DNA of 64,000 nucleotides. Source: an uncultured Acidimicrobiales bacterium. GTDB taxonomy: Bacteria > Actinomycetota > Acidimicrobiia > Acidimicrobiales > SZUA-35. Both the position numbers and the translations under genes were made by a program. Within the stretch, counting starts at the first letter, position 1, and every line of letters starts with the position of its first letter. The notes under the pieces were generated by a model that ran no database searches, was not told the DNA's origin, and saw only the letters and a program-made list of their open reading frames with translations. This document shows, piece after piece, positions 16,115 to 24,684 of the stretch. The DNA is taken from contig CALEWY010000019.1 of the NCBI GenBank assembly GCA_937925335.1, forward strand, positions 15,708 through 79,707, in the 5' to 3' direction.

Positions 16115-17287
16115 TCAGGCGCCCTTGCGCCATGCGTCGGCGACCTTGCCGCCAACCGAACCCACCCGAGAGCCGACACCGTCGACCACACCGCGAGCCT
16201 TGCCGGCGTAGCCGCCAGCTGCGTCGCCGAAGTCCTCGGTGTACGGGACCTCGGCCTCGCCGGCGCGAGTGCGGTAGGTGCCCTCGACGATCTCGTCGTA
16301 CTCGCCGGTCTCAATCCAATCGCGCAACTCAGCAACACGAACGACGGTGAACGGATGCGTCGTGCCCAACGCCGCGAGGAACTTGTAGATCCCGGCGAGG
16401 ACGTCATCAGGGCCTCGGTAGTCGTCGGACTGAGCGATGAACTCGTCGAGATCCAGCTCCTCGCCGCGCGAACCGCCGGCGAGTTTCATGAGCGCCGACA
16501 TAACGATACGCGGGTCCTGCACAGCCAGGAGCGCAGCGCGATCGCCGGACAGTTCGGACTTACGCTGCCATTCGAGCAATGCGAGGCGGATCGGCAACGT
16601 GGTCGCAGAAACGAGCGGGTAGCGCAGCGTGCCGAGCATCAAGAGGATGTAGAGCATCGTCCGGTAGACGGCATGCCCGCTCTCGATGTGGCCAACCTCG
16701 TGAGCGATAACGGCTTCGACTTCGTCCTGGTTCAGCACCTCGATGAGTGAGGAGTTGATCACGATGAAGGGGTGGTCGAATCCAACAGCGAACGCTTGCA
16801 CCGTCGCGTCTTGAGTGATGAAGAGAGCAGGAACCTCTTCGACATCGAGCGTGTCGCACACGGTCATGAGGCGCTCGTGAACCCACGGATATTGCTTGGG
16901 GGAAACGCGGACAGCATTGGCTTGTAACGACAGGCGAATCTGCTTCTCGCCGAAGAGGCCGACGATCTTGCGAAGTACCGCTTCGAAGCCAGGGATCTTT
17001 CGCAGCGCGTTCAGCGCAGCGCGATCGGCGGGGTGCTCCCACGCCATCGGGCTGAGATCGTGGAGTTGGTTCACCGCCCGCTCGGAGGTGGTTGACGATG
17101 CTGTGGACTCGTTGGCCGAGGCTTTTGCCGTCGTCTTCGCTCCAGCGGCCTTTTTGGCCGTTCGTTTCGTGGCGGCCTTCGCGGTCGTCTTCTTTGCCGC
17201 GGCCTTCTTGGCGGTCGCCTTCTTCGCGGTGACTTTCTTTGTGGCCTTCTTGGTCGGCTTCTTCTTCGCTGGCTTTTTCTCAGTCAT
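16115..17287 (-). CDS. M48-family zinc metallopeptidase with an N-terminal Lys/Ala/Thr-rich (histone-H1-like) tail
   Basis: HEVGH in VIAHEVGHIESGH. N-terminus is MTEKKPAKKKPTKKATKKVTAKKATAKKAAAKKTTAKAATKRTAKKAAGAKTTAKA. Start ATG 17287. Confidence 0.85.
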   Translation of the reverse strand: MTEKKPAKKKPTKKATKKVTAKKATAKKAAAKKTTAKAATKRTAKKAAGAKTTAKASANESTASSTTSERAVNQLHDLSPMAWEHPADRAALNALRKIPGFEAVLRKIVGLFGEKQIRLSLQANAVRVSPKQYPWVHERLMTVCDTLDVEEVPALFITQDATVQAFAVGFDHPFIVINSSLIEVLNQDEVEAVIAHEVGHIESGHAVYRTMLYILLMLGTLRYPLVSATTLPIRLALLEWQRKSELSGDRAALLAVQDPRIVMSALMKLAGGSRGEELDLDEFIAQSDDYRGPDDVLAGIYKFLAALGTTHPFTVVRVAELRDWIETGEYDEIVEGTYRTRAGEAEVPYTEDFGDAAGGYAGKARGVVDGVGSRVGSVGGKVADAWRKGA

Positions 17288-17432
17288 CTTCTGCTGGTCC
17301 CTTCGTGGCCGCACGCTCGTGTGAACGAGTTTCCAGCACACTCCGCCGGAATGTTGTTCACCCCTAACGAGTGTCGGCGTGAATCGGTTCCAGCTTCAGC
17401 GAAAGTCGTCCGGCCGACCTCGAGAGCCGGCC

Positions 17433-20291
17433 TTATTCGGCTGGGAGTCGGCGAAGTTCGGTGGCGAGATGTTCGGTGGCGTCGAGCTCCCCCAGCGGAA
17501 CCTGCCGGTTGCGATGACGCTCTCGGAGTTCTTCACCGTGTCCGATTCGCGCCGCAAGCGCCTCAGCCATCGCAATGGTGAACGGCGTGCGTGGCGCAAC
17601 CGCTTCTTGGAGAAGCTGCCAAGCGTGATCGTTTTCGCCGCGATGAAGCGCAAGGGCAGCGAGGCCAACCAGCGCGTCGTTGGATTGTCGTGCGAGTCGG
17701 CCACGCAACGCGGCGTGACCGAAGTCGACGATCAGCTCGGCTGCTTCGCCGACGCGACCGCTGTCGAGCAATGCGATCGCTCGCAAGACATCCGAGCTGT
17801 CCCACACCGAGCGAGACCAGTCTCGGTAGTCGAGGGTTTGAAGTGCCTCGAGCGGTCGTCCTGCCACGATCTGAGTCGTCGCCAGCGAGAGTCCGGCAAC
17901 CATCGTGTAGTTGATCTCGTGAGGGTGGCTGCGAGCGAACGCAACAGCGGTCTGGAAGTGTGTGAGGGCGCCGTCCACATCGCCGGCATAGAGACACAAG
18001 GTGCCGCGAGCCCACGACGTGCCGATGCGTGAGGCGTCGTCCAACGTGATGGTGTTGATCAACTCGTCCGCTCTGTCGAGGAGTCCGGCGCTTTCGTCGC
18101 TGTGTTGGCGGGCTCGTGTGAACCCGTGCAGTCCCAGCGACTGCGTAGCAGCCAGGGGAACGGCGTCAGCGATCACTTCTTCGTTGAGCGTATGCACCCG
18201 CTCAAAGTTGTCGAGCTGCATTTCGAGAATCGCCAGGTTGCGACGCAACCAACTGCCGTGTTCGGTCGATCGCTCGTGGTGGGGGAGTGTGAGCTCGATC
18301 CAGCGCCGACCTTCGGTGGCCGGAATGCGGGTTTCCCAGAGCCCTTGGCTGCCGCGGGTGAGATGGGCGGCCTCGACCCACCGCTCCGTCGACGTCGCCC
18401 ATTCGAGGGCGGACGCAATGTTTGGCCAGTCGATCGACAGCCGTACCGATCGATCGAGATCTTCCGCCTCTGTCCACGACGAGAACGAGGTCAGTTCCAT
18501 GAAGTGATCCAGATGAAGATCGCGGACCGACCCGACCTCGCTCGCACGCGCCAGCTGGTTGCCGGCGTAGATACGGACGGTCTCGAGGAGGCGGAACCGC
18601 GCCCCTTCCTCGGACGTGTCTGGTCGGCTGACGGCGACGTCGGCGTTGTCTCGCCCAAAGCTCTCCTCGAAACCCCCCGATGGGGTGCTCGTGATGAGCG
18701 ACTTCGCCACCAGGCTGTCGAGGAGGTCGAGCGTTTCGTATTGGTCGGTGTCGCCGACCTTGGTGGCGGCGGCGAGGTCGAACGAGCCGACGAACACACC
18801 CATACGACGGAAGAACCGCTGCTCGTCCTCGTCGAGAAGGTCGTAGCTCCAGTCGAGTGTTGCTTGAAGCGTGCGTCGGCGCTGTCGACCGCGTCCGCCA
18901 GAAAGCAGCTTGAATCGGTCGCCCATTCGGTCGAGTAGCTCGGCCGGCGAGAGAACGGCCGATCGGGCGGCAGCGAGTTCGATCGCCAGCGGAAGTCCGT
19001 CGAGTTTCGAGCAGATCTCGCTGATGGTCTCGTTCGTTGTGTCGTCGACTGTGAACGATGGATCGATCGCCGTGGCGCGTGCGATGAACAACTCGATGGC
19101 CGAGTCGTCGCCGGGCTGACTGCCGAGCGAGGCGACGTTGACGACCTGCTCGCCCGCAACATCGAGTCGTTGACGGCTTGTGGCGAGCAACATGGTCGAC
19201 GCTGACCGGTGAAGTAGGAGTTCACAGAACTCCGCGCAGGCGTCGAGGAGATGTTCGCAGTTGTCGAGCAGGACGAGCGCTTCGCGTGTGGCGAGGTGAT
19301 CGACGATCTGGGTCAGCGGATCACCACCGACCAGCGTCAAACGAATCGCGGTTGCGAGTGCTGCCGCGAGTTCAGACCCGTCAGACACCGCAGACAGATC
19401 GGCGAAGTAGCAACCGTCCGGCCGGTTCGGGAGCTCGTGGTGGGCAACTTCGAGTGCGAGGCGAGTCTTCCCGCAGCCGCCAGTGCCGGTGAGTGTGACG
19501 AGCGGCGATGTCTCGAGCAGTCCGCGTACGTTCACGATCATGTCGCCGCGTCCAAGGATCTGAGATCCAAGGTTTGGCAGCGTTGACAGTTCGGGATCGA
19601 CGGCTCGGAGCGCTCGGAACGAGTCGTGGCCGAGCTGATGGATCGAGACGGGTTCGGCGACGTCTTTCAACCGGTGTTCGCCGAGCCAGGTGGTGGGGAC
19701 CGAGACTTCGGTCTTCACCTGATCACTCATCAGGATCTGGCCGCCAGCTGCGATCGCTTCGATGCGCGACGCCGTGTTTGGAACGGGCCCGAAGTAGTCG
19801 CCCCCGCGTTCCGTCGACCGACCGCGGTGGAGCCCCATCCTGACTCGGAGCGGAGGTGCGCCATCCCAGTTCGCATCGCGGAGCGACTGTTGGGCTTGGC
19901 GAGCGGCGATCACGCCAGATGTTGCGTCGGAGAACGCCCCGCGGAACGAGTCGCCCGCAACACCGAACACGTAGCCGCCAGCTGATTCGATCGCATCTCG
20001 AACGATCTTGTCGTGGATGACGAACGAGCGAGCCGTGGCTTGGGTGTCCGCTGCCCAGAGGCGAGTCGATCCCTCGACGTCGGTGAAGAGGAACGTGACG
20101 ATGCCACCAGGAATCTGGTTCGTCGAACCCGGTGTTGTTCCGGGCACAGCGGTCGAGGCAGGCACAGTGGTCGAGGCAGGCACAACGGTCGAGGCAGGCA
20201 CAGCGGCGGACGCAGACTCGGGGTTGGACGCGGCGGATTCTTGGTCGGCCTGGGTGTCGTCACCAGGTGAGGTTGAGGGAGGGTTCATCAT
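17433..20291 (-). CDS. Class III adenylate/guanylate cyclase domain fused to a NB-ARC/AAA P-loop NTPase and TPR-like helical repeats (STAND-type signalling protein); no C-terminal HTH seen
   Basis: GIVTFLFTDVEGSTRLWA...GDSFRGAF...GLHRG (cyclase), LTGTGGCGKTRLALEVA (Walker A), and a long helical C-terminal half. ATG-ATG start at 20291. Confidence 0.9.
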   Translation of the reverse strand: MMNPPSTSPGDDTQADQESAASNPESASAAVPASTVVPASTTVPASTAVPGTTPGSTNQIPGGIVTFLFTDVEGSTRLWAADTQATARSFVIHDKIVRDAIESAGGYVFGVAGDSFRGAFSDATSGVIAARQAQQSLRDANWDGAPPLRVRMGLHRGRSTERGGDYFGPVPNTASRIEAIAAGGQILMSDQVKTEVSVPTTWLGEHRLKDVAEPVSIHQLGHDSFRALRAVDPELSTLPNLGSQILGRGDMIVNVRGLLETSPLVTLTGTGGCGKTRLALEVAHHELPNRPDGCYFADLSAVSDGSELAAALATAIRLTLVGGDPLTQIVDHLATREALVLLDNCEHLLDACAEFCELLLHRSASTMLLATSRQRLDVAGEQVVNVASLGSQPGDDSAIELFIARATAIDPSFTVDDTTNETISEICSKLDGLPLAIELAAARSAVLSPAELLDRMGDRFKLLSGGRGRQRRRTLQATLDWSYDLLDEDEQRFFRRMGVFVGSFDLAAATKVGDTDQYETLDLLDSLVAKSLITSTPSGGFEESFGRDNADVAVSRPDTSEEGARFRLLETVRIYAGNQLARASEVGSVRDLHLDHFMELTSFSSWTEAEDLDRSVRLSIDWPNIASALEWATSTERWVEAAHLTRGSQGLWETRIPATEGRRWIELTLPHHERSTEHGSWLRRNLAILEMQLDNFERVHTLNEEVIADAVPLAATQSLGLHGFTRARQHSDESAGLLDRADELINTITLDDASRIGTSWARGTLCLYAGDVDGALTHFQTAVAFARSHPHEINYTMVAGLSLATTQIVAGRPLEALQTLDYRDWSRSVWDSSDVLRAIALLDSGRVGEAAELIVDFGHAALRGRLARQSNDALVGLAALALHRGENDHAWQLLQEAVAPRTPFTIAMAEALAARIGHGEELRERHRNRQVPLGELDATEHLATELRRLPAE
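20143..20214 (-). repeat. Four in-frame copies of an 18-nt unit (GGCACAGCGGTCGAGGCA and variants) encoding (V/A)PAST(V/T/A) hexapeptides in the N-terminal low-complexity tail of the cyclase-STAND protein
   Basis: Read directly. Protein reads AVPASTVVPASTTVPASTAVPGTT. Confidence 0.85.
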
Positions 20292-20484
20292 GAAGAAGCT
20301 GATGGATCCTTCGTATTCTCACGGTCTGTCCCGAATGGCGCAACTCCATCGAAGTCGTCCGATGCCACTTGCCCGTTGGGAACTCGGGACCGACCCCGAT
20401 GGATCTGGTCGATCGTCAGCACCAGCGTTCGGAGTCGTCTAGCCTTTCCGGCCGTTGTCTCTCCCTCAAGGAACGGTTTTTGAC

Positions 20485-20907
20485 ATGGCATCAATTGAAA
20501 CGATCGAAGGCGTTGGTCCAGCCCAGGGCAAGAAGCTTCGAGCCGCCGGAATCCGGTCGTGCGAAGCATTGCTGAAGCGTGGCGCAGGCAAGAAGGGCCG
20601 CAAAGAGATCGCCGAAGAATGTGGTGTCCCCGAGAAATCAGTTCTCGAATGGGTCAACCGTTCGGACCTCATGCGCATCAAGGGTGTTGGTTCTGAGTAC
20701 AGCGACCTTCTCGAGGCCGCCGGTGTCGACACCGTCAAGGAACTCCGCAACCGCAAGCCGGCGAACCTGACCGAGAAGATGGTCGAGGTCAACGACGCAG
20801 CCATCAAGAAGACGAAGCGCAGCATCGTCCGTCGCACGCCGTCGAATTCTGAGGTCGAGCGTTGGGTTGCCCACGCCAAGACGCTCGACCCGATGGTGAC
20901 GCACTAA
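20485..20907 (+). CDS. DUF4332 domain protein
   Basis: MASIETIEGVGPAQGKKLRAAGIRSCEALL...LMRIKGVGSEYSDLLEAAGVDTVKELR. The two helix-hairpin-helix-like GIG/GVG motifs are typical of DUF4332 as I recall it. ATG 20485 is preceded by AAGGAA. Confidence 0.8.
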   Translation: MASIETIEGVGPAQGKKLRAAGIRSCEALLKRGAGKKGRKEIAEECGVPEKSVLEWVNRSDLMRIKGVGSEYSDLLEAAGVDTVKELRNRKPANLTEKMVEVNDAAIKKTKRSIVRRTPSNSEVERWVAHAKTLDPMVTH

Positions 20908-20989
20908 CAGTCTCCGAGGACTCGGCGCTCAGAGGGCAGCGCTGATCGCCGAGGACAGCGCTGCTCGCCGAGGCGATGCGTTCTGACTT

Positions 20990-21030
20990 CAGACGTCCCC
21001 CGGCCTCCATGAGAGGTCGGGGGACGTCTG
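20990..21030. terminator. Strong hairpin between convergent genes: 13-bp perfect stem CAGACGTCCCCCG / CGGGGGACGTCTG with an inner CCTC/GAGG extension
   Basis: Inverted repeat read directly. It sits between the DUF4332 gene (+, ends 20907) and nadV (-, ends 21081). No U-tract, which is common for high-GC I-shaped terminators. Confidence 0.7.
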
Positions 21031-21080
21031 CTCTTCGTCGGACGGCGTTGCCCGGATGGCGGTGGTCGAGGCTGCGTGCC

Positions 21081-22574
21081 TCAGAGCCGGTTTCGCTGAT
21101 CTGCCAATCGTCGTCGAACCTCCGAGAAGGCTTCGGGGTTGGCCACGAATTCGCCGTCTCGCCAAACTGGTGCGATCAACGAATCGGCGACGCCGGCGGC
21201 ATCCTGCTCGTCGAAGAGCGTGAGAACACCGCTCACTTCTCGCACAGCAACTCGGCCTCGGGCCGAACGTTTCATGCCTGAGTCGGTGACGGGATCCTTG
21301 AAGAGATCGCGTCCGACTCCATCGACCACGGCGTACGTGGCCTTCATCGCGAGACCGTACGTGTCGCGAGTGACGTACTGGTAGGTGTACGAACCGACTC
21401 CGAATACGACGTTGGTGGATGCGAAGCCGTCAGCGGCCAGACGGTTGACGATGTCCGCACATCGCTCGAGAGTGATCGAGTCGCCGTAGATCGCACCGAT
21501 ATGTGGGTCGAGTTCTCGGAAGCCAGCGCTGTTGACCGAGCCTCCGAAGACGTCCCACAGCATCTGGATGACGCCACGTCGCTGCGGTGACCCGGCAGGT
21601 GCTGTCGGGTCTCCACACAAGATGTCAGCCGGATCGCCTGAGTCGGGACGAATCACGAGCTTCCCGTCGCGGGCGAGGACTCGGTCACGTAGTTGCGGCA
21701 AGAACTCGGTGAGAACTCGCCACAGGTCCCACGTGTCGGATACGACCGAGACGATTCCTGCTGGATAGAGATCGAGCAAACGCTCGAACGTCGCCAACTC
21801 ATCGTCCGCACCGCCGGCGCACATGACGGAGTGTTCGGTCGCGGCCACCGATGCGCCAACCAGTTCGGTTTCTCGTGTCGATTCTTCCTCGGCGTAGTAC
21901 TTCTCGACGTAGTCCAAGGCGGGAAGTGTGTCGGTGCCGACGAACGACAGAAGGTGGGCTGCGCCGGAAATACTTGCTGCTTCGATGTTGGCCATGCCTC
22001 GCATCGAGAAGTCGTGTGCCTGGAATGGCACGAACGCTGCGTCGCCACCCGTCTTCTTCGCAGCTTCATCGAGGATTGTGCGATAGCGATCGGCCGTTGA
22101 GGCGGAGGTGCAGGACAACCAAAGCTCGGCGCTCAGCAGGGTCTCGATGTAGTTGACGAGCCAAAAGAACTCTGGCCTTGTGTTCGCGACCACAAGTGCT
22201 GGGACTCGAAGTGGGACGCGCGTGCCCTCGGGCAGCGCTCGGAACTCGAGCGGGACGTAGCCGAGCGTGTGCAACGCCCGGATGTGGGCGGTTCCGATCT
22301 GGTTCGGTCCGAGATAGGTGTTCACCCGTTCGGCATAGGCGGCGCAGACCTCGTCGACGTCGGCTGCGAAGAACTCATCGAACTCCTCCATCATCCAGCG
22401 CCTGAGGAAGGCCTGTAGCCCGAAGAAGACCATGGAATCGTCGCCGTTTCGCGATGACCGAGGCGTGATGTTTGATTCGACGTAGGTCGTTCCAGTTGGA
22501 TATTGGCGGCGGTGGTCGAGCTTGTAACCGTCGGTGGCGATGATCGCCCTCGGCAGCGTGGTTTTCTTAGACAT
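21081..22574 (-). CDS. nadV: Nicotinamide phosphoribosyltransferase
   Basis: MSKKTTLPRAIIATDGYKLDHRRQYP... is the typical NAMPT N-terminus (TDxYK). At 497 aa the length fits. Confidence 0.9.
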   Translation of the reverse strand: MSKKTTLPRAIIATDGYKLDHRRQYPTGTTYVESNITPRSSRNGDDSMVFFGLQAFLRRWMMEEFDEFFAADVDEVCAAYAERVNTYLGPNQIGTAHIRALHTLGYVPLEFRALPEGTRVPLRVPALVVANTRPEFFWLVNYIETLLSAELWLSCTSASTADRYRTILDEAAKKTGGDAAFVPFQAHDFSMRGMANIEAASISGAAHLLSFVGTDTLPALDYVEKYYAEEESTRETELVGASVAATEHSVMCAGGADDELATFERLLDLYPAGIVSVVSDTWDLWRVLTEFLPQLRDRVLARDGKLVIRPDSGDPADILCGDPTAPAGSPQRRGVIQMLWDVFGGSVNSAGFRELDPHIGAIYGDSITLERCADIVNRLAADGFASTNVVFGVGSYTYQYVTRDTYGLAMKATYAVVDGVGRDLFKDPVTDSGMKRSARGRVAVREVSGVLTLFDEQDAAGVADSLIAPVWRDGEFVANPEAFSEVRRRLADQRNRL

Positions 22575-23469
22575 CGTTGGCCTCCTTGGTGGGGGTTGGT
22601 TCGGTGAGCGTCGAGCCGGGGCGGCTCGTCAATTGAGAGAGGGGAACGGTGGGGACGGATCTGATCGCCGCCGGAAGTGAGTCTGTGCTGACGACGGTCT
22701 CGTAGGCGCTGAGAGCGTCGAGTCCCTTGCTGAAAAGGCCGTGGGAAACGAAGAGGTCGAGCGAAGAGTCCGAGTTTGTCTCGGAGGCGTAGAAGGCATC
22801 GGCGAGTCCGGCAAACGTGCCGCCGCCGTCACAGATGTCATCGACCACAAGCCAGCGGCCGGGTTGGCCGCCATCGACGCCGAAACTGCTGAGCGAGCCT
22901 GTCGAGGGGTCTCGGTGTTTATGGCCTTGACGAAGTGGAACACCGAGCCGTCGTGCGACACAACCCGCTCGCTTCGTCGCCCCGGTATCGGGAGCGATCA
23001 CGCCGTCTGGGTGCTGCAACAGACCGAGCTCGATCGCAGAAGTGACTGCATCAGCAGCTGAGATGATCCGAACCCGAGCGGGGAGCACTGCGGCAGTCAC
23101 ATCGGAGTGAGGGTCGAGCACGGTGATCGAGTGGATTGGATAAGGGGTCAACGTTTGGGCAAAGACCTGAACGGACAACGGCGTGTCGTCGCGGCGATCC
23201 TGGCGGGCTCCAGGGAAGAACGGGACGATCAACTCGATCCGTTCAACACCAGCGGCCTGAGCCATATCGAGCGCGGAGAGCAAGGCGAACCAGCCGGATG
23301 GAGAGAAGCCACGGGCTTCGATAGTCAGACCTCTTGCCTCGGAGCCGTTCGCGTCGATGAAGGTCTTGGATGGAATGTGAACGAATGGTTCCGATGACGG
23401 GAACTGGTTGACATCGACGACTTCGAATCGGCCCGTGTCGGTGTTCGTGATGGTGAGTTGGAAGCTCAT
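22567..23469 (-). CDS. prs: Ribose-phosphate pyrophosphokinase (PRPP synthetase) of the nadV-associated type
   Basis: PFFPGARQDRR, and VVDDICDGGGTF (PRPP-binding loop). Overlaps the nadV start by 8 nt. Start trimmed to ATG 23469. Confidence 0.85.
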   Translation of the reverse strand: MSFQLTITNTDTGRFEVVDVNQFPSSEPFVHIPSKTFIDANGSEARGLTIEARGFSPSGWFALLSALDMAQAAGVERIELIVPFFPGARQDRRDDTPLSVQVFAQTLTPYPIHSITVLDPHSDVTAAVLPARVRIISAADAVTSAIELGLLQHPDGVIAPDTGATKRAGCVARRLGVPLRQGHKHRDPSTGSLSSFGVDGGQPGRWLVVDDICDGGGTFAGLADAFYASETNSDSSLDLFVSHGLFSKGLDALSAYETVVSTDSLPAAIRSVPTVPLSQLTSRPGSTLTEPTPTKEANDV

Positions 23470-23488
23470 GCGACGATCGTAGATCATT

Positions 23489-23505
23489 ATTGTCACTATG
23501 ACAAT
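23489..23505. promoter_or_regulatory. Candidate NrtR operator: perfect palindrome ATTGTCA-cta-TGACAAT (extends imperfectly to TTATTGTCACTATGACAATTAA) in a locally AT-rich patch
   Basis: Read directly. It lies 20-36 nt upstream of the prs-nadV operon start and 89 nt upstream of divergent nrtR. Confidence 0.6.
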
Positions 23506-23593
23506 TAAATTCCGAGTGAAAGGCTTCACTCGTTGCCAGACTGGGTCGTTCGGCGGACGGTCGATGTGAACTGAACGAAGCGTGAGGCCAGCG

Positions 23594-24385
23594 ATGGCAA
23601 AGCGATCCAAACCGAAAGAGGCAGCGGAGTCGAAGGACGCGCCGCGTCGCTCGGGCGAGAAAGAGTTCCTCGATCGCTATGACATGGCGGACTACCCCGC
23701 GGTTGCCGTCGCCGTCGATGTGGTCTGCTTCGCTTACGAACAGGACGAGCTCTGGGTCGGCTTGGTTCGCCGAGGAGGGCACCCTGAAGCTGGCAAACTC
23801 GCGCTGCCAGGTGGCTTCGTGTTGGAAGACGAGGACTTGATCGACGCAGCTCGCCGAGAGCTGCTCGAAGAGCTCGACGTCTCCCTCGACGATGGCGTTG
23901 TCGAACAGCTCGCAACGTTCGGCGCTCCTGGCCGAGATCCTCGCGGCCGGATCGTGTCGGTGGCGTACCTCGCACTTTTGCCAGAGCGAACAGCACTCAC
24001 GTCAGGCGGTGACGCAGCAGCCGCTGCATGGGTTGCTCTCGACGATCTCGATGCTGGCGATGTTGCCTTCGACCACGTTGCGATTCTCGCTACAGCGCGA
24101 GAGCGACTCGCTTCAAAGATGGAGTATTCGACGATCGCGTTCGCGCTCTTGCGTGCACCCTTCACATTCCCCGAGCTTCAAACCCTGTACGAGCGCGTGT
24201 GGGGCGCGGATGTTGATGCTGGGAACTTCCGTCGGAAGTGTCGATCCGCCGGCATCGTCGTTGAAACCGGCGATGTCGTGTCGTCTGGAGCCGGTCGCCC
24301 CGCTGCTCTGCTTGCGCCTGCTCGCCCTGGTGAAGTCTGTGTGTTCGGCCCAGCAATCGCCCGCCCTGAAGTGGATCCTGACTGA
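23594..24385 (+). CDS. nrtR: Nudix-related transcriptional regulator (Nudix domain plus C-terminal winged-helix)
   Basis: Nudix box GGFVLEDEDLIDAARRELLEELDV. About 100 aa of additional C-terminal domain. Divergent from nadV-prs. ATG 23594 is preceded by GAGG (alternative GTG 23582). Confidence 0.8.
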   Translation: MAKRSKPKEAAESKDAPRRSGEKEFLDRYDMADYPAVAVAVDVVCFAYEQDELWVGLVRRGGHPEAGKLALPGGFVLEDEDLIDAARRELLEELDVSLDDGVVEQLATFGAPGRDPRGRIVSVAYLALLPERTALTSGGDAAAAAWVALDDLDAGDVAFDHVAILATARERLASKMEYSTIAFALLRAPFTFPELQTLYERVWGADVDAGNFRRKCRSAGIVVETGDVVSSGAGRPAALLAPARPGEVCVFGPAIARPEVDPD

Positions 24386-24684
24386 GGCGACGTGTCCTAA
24401 CAAGGACTATCGGGCTGCCGATGGGGGGTGATGCGTTCGACCTTGACGAGCTCAGTCAGCACCTCTCGCGCCCGCCGTGTCGGCGTTCGATTGAGCTGCC
24501 TCCCATGTGAAGTCGCATGGACCGGCCAAATGCAATCGACCTGTTGGGTGTGTGAAGGACCGGGCGTGCCCGGGCCAACCCCGTCGGTCTATCCCGACCT
24601 GGACTAGCCGACCTGCATTCGCCCGATCTGGCGTTGCTGCCCAACCTTCATTCTTTGAGCGTGCTCATCAAATGCTGCGATGGG

